A stretch of 64,000 nucleotides of DNA from Nitrososphaeraceae archaeon (GTDB taxonomy: Archaea; Thermoproteota; Nitrososphaeria; Nitrososphaerales; Nitrososphaeraceae): contig DATFEP010000066.1 of NCBI GenBank assembly GCA_035250975.1, positions 1 through 64,000 on the forward strand. The letters are read 5' to 3'. Below are positions 53,872 to 64,000 of the stretch, one piece after another. Every line of letters starts with the position of its first letter. The stretch's first letter is position 1. A model generated the notes under the pieces. The model was not told the DNA's origin and did not search any database. It worked only from the letters and a program-made list of their open reading frames with translations. The position numbers and the translations under genes were made by a program.

Positions 53872-55267
53872 TTAAAATGAATTTTCAGAATTATTAATTG
53901 AAGATGACTTATTTAATCTATTTATCTGATGCTGTATATTCTCTATATTTTCGGTATTTAAGATAGCATCGATCTCCCGTGTCAAATTCATTTTTGCTAA
54001 TCTCAAATTACTATAACTAGACAAGTCATTTATTACCTCTCTTTTTTCATTTAGTGTCTGCCCATCCTTTTTCCATATCAAGTAAAAATACATCAATAAG
54101 GGCCTTTATGAGTATTATATTACTCTCGTCTATTCCATAACTGAACAAATTTTTTAAACAAGGTCCAACTAATTCCTGACAATATAATAAATTTCTCTTT
54201 CTTTCGATTTGACCTTGAAGAATGTTAAAGATTTGCAGTAATCTATTATTTTCACTTTCTAAGGCCATTCTTCTTTCATAACTTTCCAACAATTCAAAAA
54301 TTAATACTTTTAACTGTTGGATGTTTACCTTATGTTCAGAGGATATTTCAGTTAAAAACCCTTTTATTTTTCTTAGATCATGGATAGAAAATCCTAGATT
54401 TTCCAATTCGTCTAAATTCTTTAATTTAATAATTGTTGTGTTTAATATATTCTCATAATCGGATTGTTTTTTTTCCAATTTTTTAATATTTATTTCTAAA
54501 ATTTTGACATTTATCTCTAAATCAGACTTTGTTTTTTGTTTACTTTCAGTTTCAATTTCTAATTTTTTTAAATCAGAAAACTTTTCAATCAGTTTGAATG
54601 GATCATAGTTCGAAAAATTTCTAATCCCTTCTATACATCTGACAAATTTATCGATATTTTGTACAGGCATACCATAGCTTTCTAGTTTATTTATTGTGTT
54701 CATGAAATAATCTAGGTTATTAGACGTAATCTTTGCATTTTGGTAAAGATTCCTTAATTCCTTTTCTCCAGATTCCTTTTCTTTTTTTAAATGAGTTGTT
54801 TGTTCCTCCAAATCTCTTTTTTCACTCTCCAATTTTTCAATTTCTCCTCTCAGTGACTGTAAATAATTTGGTATTTCAGAGATAGGCGTTATATTTGAGA
54901 GCCTAGCAATTTCTTTTAAACCGTCGTATAATATATCCCAATTTATTCCCATTTTTTGTGAGAATTCAGATATTCTTGTCAAAAAATTTTCAATATCCTC
55001 TTCCTGTAGCATCAATTTTTGAATAATTCAATGTATCCTGGATCCAAAGACACAGTCCGCAGCTGTCATACCTTCTTGTCTTAAATATCGTACAAATTCT
55101 CTGATTGAATCGAATTCATAGTTGCCTAGACTTTTCCGTAATTTATCTAAAATATTCGAAACTGTCCCGTTACCTACTCCAAATTGCTCAGCTGTTTCGT
55201 CTCTAGATGCCCCCCTTAGCCAAGCCTGAATCATTGCTAACCGTAAATAATTTGCAATTTCTTTCAT
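53872..55267 (-). pseudogene. Disrupted HTH plus long coiled-coil protein gene (about 465 codons)
   Basis: ORFs 55028-55267 and 54047-55015 share a frame, split by one TGA (CAT TGA ATT ATT CAA AAA TTG ATG); ORF 53872-54096 continues in another frame. Confidence 0.75.
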
Positions 55268-55304
55268 CCATATCTATTATTGTATCCAAAAGCATATAAA
55301 AAAA

Positions 55305-55393
55305 TCGTTGAATAGTTTCGTCAAGATAATCGTCAAATCGGTAGGGCTTTTCGTCATTATCGTCAAATTCTTCGTCAAATGTTTTATTCGTAA
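55305..55393. repeat. Array of TCGTCA hexamers upstream of the HTH/coiled-coil gene
   Basis: Exact at 55318, 55330, 55351, 55360, 55372; variants at 55305, 55338, 55388. Confidence 0.8.
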
Positions 55394-56039
55394 ATAATTA
55401 CCGTACATAAAAATCGAGATAAATTTATTTTTAGAATATACATCTAGAAGATTGAAGGTAAAAAGCAAAATTTCGAATACTGATAAATTAGTGTTTTTTA
55501 ACACATACGTGGTGATACCCATAGCGCACATATATAAGATACCAACTGCCATTCTACAATGTTTCATTCAGGTTGCATCTTAAGTCAGATACTACTTTTT
55601 TAATATCTTGTTCATTTCTAAATTTATAATTAGTTATTTACTGCCCCCTTTCATCGGTAACGATCTCACTTCAAATTTAATTGGATATCCCGTGACGGTA
55701 TTTCTGCATGATGGCTTCTCGGACCTGTGCATTGACGTATAATGCAGTTCAAGAAATGTTTGCCAGACAGAGAAATTATATAATGAGCGCAAACCTCGGA
55801 TGGTGGATAGCGATCTTAAATAAAAAGAATAAAAAAGTGGTGCAAAAAATAGCCAATTAATAAATAGTGTAGGGTTGGCAAGTTCGACATACTCCAGTAG
55901 CCTTGCATTTTGTCTTTGTCACGATTCTTCACCCGATTTTCATTTGGGCAAAAGTAATTAAAGTAAACATTTTTGATTAAGAGTAACCGGATATATCTGA
56001 CTGAGACGTTTAAAAATATAGTGAAGTTTTTTTAACAAT

Positions 56040-56351
56040 TTAATGGGTTAGGGTATAGTTCCAAGATAGGACATCTTTGAGAAGAGATGTAAGAAAACCA
56101 ACATATTCATCATCTTGAAATTCTATCCTATCATATTCTTTTAATCTTAATGCCTCAGCCAATGATTTTAAATGGATACAACTATCCTTTCCAGAGAGAG
56201 TTTTAAAGAAATAATATTTACAAGTACAATAATCTAAATCCAGATCCAACCAATATTCATTGTTCTTACTAACTATTGTCCAAATTTTTCTATTGCTTGG
56301 AACAAAAATATGAAGTTTTATCCTACTGTAAGAACCAATAGTACTTGTCAT
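56040..56351 (-). CDS. SWIM zinc-finger protein
   Basis: YCTC...CIH. Confidence 0.8.
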   Translation of the reverse strand: MTSTIGSYSRIKLHIFVPSNRKIWTIVSKNNEYWLDLDLDYCTCKYYFFKTLSGKDSCIHLKSLAEALRLKEYDRIEFQDDEYVGFLTSLLKDVLSWNYTLTH

Positions 56352-56398
56352 TTTATTATGTTAAATATAATTTTGACATGCTTAAAATGCCTTTTCAA

Positions 56399-57016
56399 TT
56401 ACAAAATAATTACTTTTCTACCTTCTACCTTTAATCTGTTTTCTGCAAATAACTTTACTGCCTGAGGATACAATTTATGTTCCAACTCTAATATCCTATT
56501 TGAAATATCTTCTTCAGTATCAGTTGTGTAAACATTAACTGCTTGTTGAAGAATAATTGGTCCCGTATCAACCTCATCATCAACAAAATGAACCGTACAT
56601 CCGGACACTTTAACACCGTAATCCAGTGCCTGTTTCTGTGCGTGTAATCCCCTAAATGAGGGTAGTAACGCAGGATGAATATTCATTATTCTAAATTTAT
56701 ATTCATTTACAAATTCCGTACTAATAATTTTCATATATCCTGCAAGACAAATCAATCCATTTGATGGAAGAACATTATATGACCGTAATATTGACACTAT
56801 GTCTTTATCATAATCCCATCCTTTCTTTCCATTACCTAGAACAATTTCAGTAGGAATATTAAAATTATTTTTTGCTACTTCAAGTCCAATAGCATCTTTT
56901 CTATTTGAGATAACTACAGCAGGGTTCACATTCTTTAAATTGCCGCTCAAGATAGAAGAAAGAATGGCTTTCATATTACTGCCCCTACCAGAAATGATGA
57001 TTGCGAGATTTATCAT
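56399..57016 (-). CDS. purN: Phosphoribosylglycinamide formyltransferase
   Basis: SGRGSN, LAGYM, NIHPALLP, GCTVHFV, DTGPII. Confidence 0.97.
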   Translation of the reverse strand: MINLAIIISGRGSNMKAILSSILSGNLKNVNPAVVISNRKDAIGLEVAKNNFNIPTEIVLGNGKKGWDYDKDIVSILRSYNVLPSNGLICLAGYMKIISTEFVNEYKFRIMNIHPALLPSFRGLHAQKQALDYGVKVSGCTVHFVDDEVDTGPIILQQAVNVYTTDTEEDISNRILELEHKLYPQAVKLFAENRLKVEGRKVIIL

Positions 57017-57299
57017 TATATTTTGAGATTATAATTGCTAGAAAATATATTAAAAGTTTCGAATTCAATAGATAAAATCAAAATAGTAAATAAGTTGAAC
57101 AGTATATTTTTAAAAACTTATTTTATTGAAATTTATTGGTGGAAATTATACACATTATATGTACAGGAAAAATCATGAAGAGTCTTCTTAAGACTGAAAA
57201 TATTGAAAAGTTAGTTTATATGCTCCAAAGAATGTGAAAATGAAGTATTAATAATCGTAACAGAAATAAATGAATATTGATGTTATAGAACGTATTTAA

Positions 57300-57938
57300 T
57301 TGTCAAATAAATGGCTATCCTGGGTTCGGACAAACGATAAGGACATCCTTGACAGTTTGGAAAGTCAAGGTTCTAATCTTGTTAAGTCAACCACACTTTT
57401 GGTAGAAATTCTAACAGATTACGAAAAATCTCTGGAAGAAAAAAAACAAAAGATAAGAGAATTAGAGCATACTGGGGATGAAATTTCACACCGGCTATTT
57501 ACCATAATTTCCCAAACATTTGTAACTCCAATCGATAGAGAAGATATATCCAAACTTACCAGCTCTATAGACGAGGTTCTTGATTATGTTGATGGAATTT
57601 CTGAGAGATTTGTTCTTTTTAAAATAAAGAAACCGACGCAATACATGATGGAATTGGGAAAAATCATTTTATCAGCTTCACAGGAGATATATATTTTAGT
57701 AACTATGTTAAAAAGAATAAAAGATCATCAAGAATTACGCAACCATTGTGCAAACATTAAGAAATATGAACATGATGCAGACAAGATTTATAGAAAGGCG
57801 ATTGCAGAATTGTTTGAAACCAATGATCCAATAGAGATAATAAAACTTAAAGAAGTATATGATAACCTTGAAGAATCTCTTGATAAATGTCAGGATGTTG
57901 CAGATATCGTAGAGGATATCTCTTTGAAATACGGATAG
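57300..57938 (+). CDS. DUF47 / PhoU-like Pit accessory protein
   Basis: LEHTGD, TPIDREDI, EHDAD; upstream of pit. Confidence 0.92.
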   Translation: MSNKWLSWVRTNDKDILDSLESQGSNLVKSTTLLVEILTDYEKSLEEKKQKIRELEHTGDEISHRLFTIISQTFVTPIDREDISKLTSSIDEVLDYVDGISERFVLFKIKKPTQYMMELGKIILSASQEIYILVTMLKRIKDHQELRNHCANIKKYEHDADKIYRKAIAELFETNDPIEIIKLKEVYDNLEESLDKCQDVADIVEDISLKYG

Positions 57939-57971
57939 CTCAATTTGTTTAAAAAAGGTGGTTGCTGAATA

Positions 57972-58982
57972 ATGCCCGTGGATAGCGGAATAGTACTAAT
58001 ATGTGGAATATTAACAGCTTTATTCTTTGATTTTGTAAATGGATTTCACGATTCTGCAAATGCCATTGCAACAGTTGTCGGTACCCGTGTCCTTAAACCA
58101 CTTCAAGCAGTGTCTATGGCTGCTCTAGCTAACTTTGCAGGTCCTTTTGTATTCGGTACAGCAATTGCAGCTACGGTCGGAAAGGGAATAATACAAGCAG
58201 AATTTTCAACGTTTGAAGTAATTATTGCAGGTCTTATAGGCGCTATTGTATGGGATTTATTGACCTGGTATTTTGGTTTGCCATCATCTAGCAGTCATGC
58301 ATTAATAGGAGGTTTAATTGGGTCTGCATTAGTGGCGGGTGGTGTCCAAGCCCTTGTCTTTGGCGGCATAGAAAAAGTACTTACTTTTATAGCAGTTTCA
58401 CCTATGTTGGGATTCATAGTTGCTTTATCTTTTGCGATAGTTATAATGTATTTTTTAAGGAAGTATCGACCATATAAAATCAATAAGGTATTTGGAAAAT
58501 TGCAGATCGTTTCTTCTGTATTCTTTTCACTTACGCACGGCGCAAATGATGGACAAAAAACAATGGGAATTATTACAGCATTACTAATTGCTGGTGGACT
58601 TTTAGATGCTAAATCATTTGTTGTACCAACATGGGTTATTTTAGTATCTGCCATAGCTATTGCCTTGGGGACGTTTCTAGGTGGCTGGAGAATAGTAAAG
58701 ACTATGGCTTTCAGAATTACAGACCTAAAACCGTTCCAAGGATTCTGTGCTGAAACTGGAGGAGGAGTAATACTAACCACAATGGCATGGCTTGGAATTC
58801 CCGTGAGTACTACGCATGCCATATCAGGTGCCATAATGGGTGTGGGTTCGACAAGAAGACTTTCTGCTGTAAGGTGGGGTATTGGGAGAAGAATAGTCTA
58901 TGCTTGGTTAATTACTATTCCAGCTAGCGCAGCAGTTTCTGCAATTGTTTTTGTAATGATAAAAACTATTAATGGAAATTAA
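57972..58982 (+). CDS. pit: Inorganic phosphate transporter (PiT family)
   Basis: GFHDSANAIAT, PSSSSHA, HGANDGQK, PVSTTH. Confidence 0.95.
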   Translation: MPVDSGIVLICGILTALFFDFVNGFHDSANAIATVVGTRVLKPLQAVSMAALANFAGPFVFGTAIAATVGKGIIQAEFSTFEVIIAGLIGAIVWDLLTWYFGLPSSSSHALIGGLIGSALVAGGVQALVFGGIEKVLTFIAVSPMLGFIVALSFAIVIMYFLRKYRPYKINKVFGKLQIVSSVFFSLTHGANDGQKTMGIITALLIAGGLLDAKSFVVPTWVILVSAIAIALGTFLGGWRIVKTMAFRITDLKPFQGFCAETGGGVILTTMAWLGIPVSTTHAISGAIMGVGSTRRLSAVRWGIGRRIVYAWLITIPASAAVSAIVFVMIKTINGN

Positions 58983-59018
58983 ATATAATTTGCCAATAAA
59001 ATAATTGAGAACTATAAA

Positions 59019-59216
59019 TTAGATTTGTTTTGGAAGACAGTTTTGACAGGATCTTTTTAGAAAAAGAATACCCTCGATATTACTGGAAGTATACACGTCG
59101 TAAGAAGCTAATTCTTTTTTGCATGTATCACAATGTATTATCTGCAGGCCTAGTATCGATTCTGAAATAGGTTGTATCTGCTTTATGTCAGCGTTAAAGG
59201 TTTCTTGGTATTTCAT
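59019..59216 (-). CDS. Small protein with two CxxC motifs
   Basis: CDTC...CQNC, ATG start, TATA-like sequence upstream. Confidence 0.55.
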   Translation of the reverse strand: MKYQETFNADIKQIQPISESILGLQIIHCDTCKKELASYDVYTSSNIEGILFLKRSCQNCLPKQI

Positions 59217-59976
59217 TGATATAATATAGCCATCCTCGCTTTAATATACTCTTTATATATATACTATATAGATATCATAAACTATATAGAATAAAATAGA
59301 TTTAGTTCAAAAATCATATGGTAACTTCCAATGATATTACTCAAGAAATCTTTTCCTCATAGAAGTTTTTAACCCTAACTACTTTGGGAAAGAGTGTTTC
59401 ATTGTCACACCAATGTAATCTTTTTAGTGAATGCTTTCAGGTGGAGAAATAACAAATGAAAATTTAGTAAATACAATATAAAATTTTAATCGATATTTTC
59501 TTTCTTTGTTGATTTTACTAATATTAATTTAAATTTAATGAGAAAACGTGAAATAAAAATATAAAGAACACAAATCTGCCCTAATTTTCTATTTACTATT
59601 CCTAAAAATTCAACCCTTCCACTAAAATTCATGAGATCCATAATTTCTAATATCTTTAAAAGCTGTAAGGTTTGAAACTCAGAGATTGAAAGTATAAATA
59701 GAAAATATCTAACTACAAATGTATGTATCCTGTTTCTTGTAAATATGATTATTTATTCTAATACCATATTCACGAATGGATTTTACGACTATAATTATCA
59801 GTACCAAATCAGCAGATCGTTTGACGTTTGCAGTTCATATTTTGCTTTTACAAAATTTCATTCTAATATGTCTTACCTAAAGCACATAAAAATTCTTCAA
59901 TTTTTTTAGATATTTGCATAATATGTGAACAGCGAATCAATTTTTATCAAAAATAAAGAGATGTTTATATCATGCC

Positions 59977-61110
59977 ATGAATGAAAAAACAATAATTAAA
60001 ATATTAGGTTTAAAAATCCATAGTATGGTTTCTGGCGTGAAGTTTACTGATGAAGGTGTCTCAATTGAAAATAGTAACTCAAAAATATTGCTAGATCCAA
60101 CAAAAATCAATAACCATGATTTTGTATTTGTTTCCCATGCTCATTCAGATCACGTTTATAGAAAGCCAAAAAATAAAAAAAATATTGAAACTTTAGTTTC
60201 TCAAGAGACAGAAATGATTGCAAATGCAAGAGGATATGATATTACTAATCCTATTTATGATAAAAAAGATTTTGAATTAATAGACACTGGTCACATATTA
60301 GGATCAAGAGGGTTACTTGCCTATAACGATGTATATTACACAGGAGATATATCTATAAGAAAAAGAGGATTTATGAACCCATCTAAGAAGATTCCCAAGG
60401 TCGACATATTAATAATAGAGTCTACATTTGGAAAAGCTGAGTATATTTTCCCTAATCCAAAGGATATAATACATCGAACAAACAATATTATCTCAAATGC
60501 ATATGAAAAGGGAATTCCAGTTATCATTATGGGATACCCTCTTGGAAAGGCTCAGCTATTAATGGATTTTTTCAGTCATTGGGATCCTTTTTATGTATTC
60601 GATTCTATAGAGACAATAAATTCCGTATATAGAGAAATGAATATTCCTTTAAGGGATGTTATAACTTATGGCAAAGCAGAAAAAAATAATTCTTTATCAA
60701 AAAAACCGTGGATAATGCTATCATCATTAATGAACGGAAGAACAAAATTACTCAAAAATATTAAAGAAAAATATGAGGCTATCACGATAGGTTTTAGCGG
60801 ATGGGCATGTAATCCAAGTTATAAATATATGATGGATCTTGATTATGCCATGCCTTTAAGTGACCATTGTGATTACAAAGATCTTTTACATATAGTTGAA
60901 AAAGGCAATCCAAAAAAAGTATTTACTTTTCATGGTTTCGCAGATGAATTCGCTAGATCTTTAATAAATTTAGGATATAATGCCGAACCCATTAGGAAGG
61001 GATATAGAAAAGATAGTAACAAAGCAAATAAAAAGATAAAGGAAAATAAACATTTGAGATCAAAAATAATAGAAAGGAAAGATCGATCATTGGATTCATT
61101 TTTAAAGTAA
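59977..61110 (+). CDS. Metallo-beta-lactamase/beta-CASP exonuclease (COG1236-like)
   Basis: SHAHSDH, GHILGS, YTGD, IESTFG, LSDHCD, FHG. Confidence 0.9.
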   Translation: MNEKTIIKILGLKIHSMVSGVKFTDEGVSIENSNSKILLDPTKINNHDFVFVSHAHSDHVYRKPKNKKNIETLVSQETEMIANARGYDITNPIYDKKDFELIDTGHILGSRGLLAYNDVYYTGDISIRKRGFMNPSKKIPKVDILIIESTFGKAEYIFPNPKDIIHRTNNIISNAYEKGIPVIIMGYPLGKAQLLMDFFSHWDPFYVFDSIETINSVYREMNIPLRDVITYGKAEKNNSLSKKPWIMLSSLMNGRTKLLKNIKEKYEAITIGFSGWACNPSYKYMMDLDYAMPLSDHCDYKDLLHIVEKGNPKKVFTFHGFADEFARSLINLGYNAEPIRKGYRKDSNKANKKIKENKHLRSKIIERKDRSLDSFLK

Positions 61111-61205
61111 AAAATTTATTTTATACTTTTTAAAAAAATAGATCTTGAATACACACTAATATCAGATAAAAAAGATGAAAGTTATTAAAAAAGTGTAACC
61201 TTATT

Positions 61206-62288
61206 TTATTTCTTTTCCTGTTCTCTAAAATATGGGATTACTTTTTTACCAAACATCTCTATATTTTTGAAGTATCCATCACCCCAGAACCTAATAATGA
61301 AATGATTCACACCAGAATTAATAAATCGCTCTAGCATTTCGATTACTTCATCGGGTTTACCAACGCCTATTGCAGTTCTTGCTACGCTGTCTGGGATGGA
61401 TAATGCAGCCTTTTTCATTTGTTCCATAAGTTCTGGCTTATCCATTGTATATTCAGTAAAATATCTTCGAAAATCAAATTCGGAATCCTGCTGTATATTA
61501 TGAACTTTCAATAATTCAGGTTTATAAAGACTAACTTTCACAGCATTTTTCATTTTGTTCCATGCTTCTTCTCCATCTTCTGTAAAATAGATATCGACAT
61601 CGTTTGCAAATTGGAAATCAGTCAAATCTCTCCCTAAAGTCTTTGCATGTCCACGTATTACGTCTGCATGGGCTTTAAATAACCCAGGGGTATAACCTAT
61701 CGGAATCCAACCATCACCATATCTAGCACATAATTCGAGCGTTTTTGGTGCACCGGCGGCAATATAGACAGGAGGTCTTGGTTTTCGAATACTCGCAGCT
61801 TGCAAACAGGCATTAATTAGTCTATAATATTGACCATCATAATCAACTCTATTATCTGGATCTGATTGAAAGAGCTTATCAATAACTTCTAGTTGTTCCT
61901 TTAATTTGGTAACAGGTTTATTAAATTCAATACCAAAATCTACAACATTCTGAGCTTCGCCTGCACCAATACCAAGCATTCCTCTACCATTAGTTATTCT
62001 ATCCAGGGTTACAGTTGCCAAGGCTATTGCAGAAGGATGTCTCCTAATTGCATCAGTAACACATGTACCTAATTCAACTTTATTCGTTAATGCACCTATA
62101 GCTGCTAGTAATAACCAAGCGTCATTTACAACAGCGTTTTTCCATTGGGGAACGTTAGTATGATCCATCGCCCATATGGAATCATAATCTAGTCTATCAG
62201 CCATCTGGCATGCAGTAATAATTTGTGTTTCATCTAAACCAAGTCTCGCAACATTAAGTCCTTGAGTAAAACCAAATTTTATCTTCAT
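61206..62288 (-). CDS. LLM-class (probably F420-dependent) oxidoreductase
   Basis: W.MDH, LGTCVT...RHP, GRGMLGIGAGE, YGDGW. Confidence 0.92.
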   Translation of the reverse strand: MKIKFGFTQGLNVARLGLDETQIITACQMADRLDYDSIWAMDHTNVPQWKNAVVNDAWLLLAAIGALTNKVELGTCVTDAIRRHPSAIALATVTLDRITNGRGMLGIGAGEAQNVVDFGIEFNKPVTKLKEQLEVIDKLFQSDPDNRVDYDGQYYRLINACLQAASIRKPRPPVYIAAGAPKTLELCARYGDGWIPIGYTPGLFKAHADVIRGHAKTLGRDLTDFQFANDVDIYFTEDGEEAWNKMKNAVKVSLYKPELLKVHNIQQDSEFDFRRYFTEYTMDKPELMEQMKKAALSIPDSVARTAIGVGKPDEVIEMLERFINSGVNHFIIRFWGDGYFKNIEMFGKKVIPYFREQEKK

Positions 62289-62702
62289 TAATATATTATC
62301 TCCCCGCTTTTCAAGATATTAAAGATTACTAAAAAGTTGTTGAGAATCACAATTGTTGAAAAGAACTTCAACCATATTTATGCATTTTCAGATAGAATAG
62401 AAAAAATATATTAAAATATGAATAAATTTCAAATATCAATTGAATTCTTATAAAATTTATACTATAAAAGCAAGGGGAATTTTGTAGAATACTCTGTAAA
62501 GAATTTCAACATTATGATATAATAATACAAAAAAATAAAATTAGAAAAAAGTAAATTACAAAATTTAGAATAACATATAAAAGTTTATCGTGTACAATTT
62601 TCATTTAAAAGGTTGGTTACTGGTAATAAGAAAATTTAATTTGATTAAAAGATTTTTATTAATTAAAAGGTACCAGAATAACATTAAGTTATATATAAGA
62701 TA

Positions 62703-63140
62703 GTGATAAGAATCGATATGTCTTACAAAATAAAAGGCATCTCATTATTGGTTTCTGATATTAAAAAAACTTTAGAATTTTACAAGAATGTCTTGGGAAT
62801 AAATATAAATCAAAAAAATGACAATACAATAGAATTTTCCTATAAAGGGTCAGATAGTATCAACTTTGTGTTAGCAAATAGAAATTCAGAAGAAAACAAA
62901 GATACTCAGCTCCCGCAAAATGGAAACATAATGATAACGTTTTTAATTAATAATTTTGATGAAATTCACAATAACCTCATTCAGAAAAATGCTAAAGTTT
63001 ATAGTGAAGCAACGCAAGGACCAAATACAAAAAATGTCATAATAGAGGATCCTGATGGCTATCTGATCTCACTTGTTGAAATCATTCCAAAAGATGAATT
63101 CTCGCAAATACCGTATTATCATGGTTTTGCTCCAGAATAA
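62703..63140 (+). CDS. VOC/glyoxalase family protein
   Basis: VSD....FY..VLG, DPDGYLISL. Confidence 0.88.
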   Translation: MIRIDMSYKIKGISLLVSDIKKTLEFYKNVLGININQKNDNTIEFSYKGSDSINFVLANRNSEENKDTQLPQNGNIMITFLINNFDEIHNNLIQKNAKVYSEATQGPNTKNVIIEDPDGYLISLVEIIPKDEFSQIPYYHGFAPE

Positions 63141-63370
63141 CTATATTTTTGATTATTATTCATATCTTCAATAATATGATAAAATTTTTTTATAATTTTT
63201 GATATTAAAACTTTTAAAATATGTTTAACTAGATGGGTTAAATAACAACAATAAAAGGAAAACAGACACAAGCAGAGATATAAATATCTGTTTACTAGGA
63301 AAAAATTACTAAACATGAAAGAACATAGCTAAAGTAATAAATTACATCGTATAGCATTATATTTCTGAAT

Positions 63371-64000
63371 TTATTTACTTTGATCAGAGTTACCCTTATT
63401 TCTGTCCGTTAGGTCTTTTAGCATATCATAAAATTTTTCAATTAGAATAGTATATTGGTCTTTAGTTATTCTGCCTCTAATAAATTCATGTTTAATAATC
63501 TCTATAGCATTCTTAACATTATGTATCGATTCAGGGATATTATTTTCATCATAATTTTTATATATTTTTCGAAGGTAGCTGCTAGCAATGCGTTTTTTAT
63601 TGTAATCATTAACAAGACGTGAAACCGATGGAATGAATATAGTAAACAGAGCTGTTAAAATAACTGCCATATAACTAGCGGGAATTTCAGGGAACGAAAA
63701 TAAGAAAGGGGAAGACTTTTGAACATTCAAACTCAAATAAAGAATTTTTGAATAATTATGTACTTGAGTTAATGGACTAGTTTGATTATAATCAAGAATT
63801 TGTGAGTTGAGGATACTATAAGATAAATTTAATGGTACAATATAATTTTTAAAGTCGATTTTTGGATCTATATTAAAATCAACCAGTATTGAACCCGATC
63901 CGCCAAATAAGTCTAGTTTGCTTCCCTGGGGCAAGTTTATATTAATTTCCTTCGGATAAGTTTTGTTTGAAATATCAACATTTACAAAGAGATCGTTATT
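63371..64000 (-). CDS. C-terminal part of a membrane-anchored hypothetical protein (5' end outside the window)
   Basis: Frame stays open from 63934 to the window end; one TM helix then a short G.IT..QY..L domain. Confidence 0.7.
   Translation of the reverse strand, partial: NNDLFVNVDISNKTYPKEININLPQGSKLDLFGGSGSILVDFNIDPKIDFKNYIVPLNLSYSILNSQILDYNQTSPLTQVHNYSKILYLSLNVQKSSPFLFSFPEIPASYMAVILTALFTIFIPSVSRLVNDYNKKRIASSYLRKIYKNYDENNIPESIHNVKNAIEIIKHEFIRGRITKDQYTILIEKFYDMLKDLTDRNKGNSDQSK

Noticed and set aside
55028-55030. TGA read-through (selenocysteine) in the HTH/coiled-coil gene
   Set aside because: No redox-motif context, and a second lesion (frameshift) indicates a pseudogene.
55277-55567. 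96-aa minus-strand ORF
   Set aside because: It runs through the TCGTCA array and promoter; its LT repeats are a by-product of the DNA repeats.
1983-63316. Many short antisense or overlapping track ORFs (e.g. 17745-18230, 39172-39582, 45244-45435, 53219-53728, 58295-58834)
   Set aside because: Shadows of well-supported genes or repeats, with no motifs of their own.
1-64000. tRNA, rRNA, SRP RNA or RNase P RNA genes
   Set aside because: No GC-rich structured segment with the expected motifs was seen.

Overview
AT-rich archaeal chromosomal segment. Gene content (TFB, Gar1, SRP19, S8e, S25e, RpoK, aCPSF1, ScpAB, CofE, ThiDN, aIF5A, FolD/PurN) points to an ammonia-oxidising thaumarchaeon of the Nitrososphaerales; the low GC suggests a Nitrosocosmicus-like organism (inference, no database search). 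Most of the window is housekeeping: information processing, lipid/cofactor, sulfur/thiamine, purine/pyrimidine and phosphate genes. No rRNA, tRNA or CRISPR array was seen. The top finding is that carB is split inside its conserved GE|FDYSG motif by a 23-nt insert (46673-46695). The insert carries an in-frame stop and folds into a near-canonical bulge-helix-bulge whose predicted cuts restore the frame exactly, making it a candidate archaeal mRNA intron. Other observations: probable ATT/ATA starts for carA and carB; two decayed HTH/coiled-coil genes, each preceded by an array of short direct repeats with roughly 11-bp spacing; two relics of one DDE transposase; two microproteins missed by the ORF track (C2H2-like and RHH-like); and a ferredoxin with an added Zn-finger. 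Family assignments are from motif recognition only.
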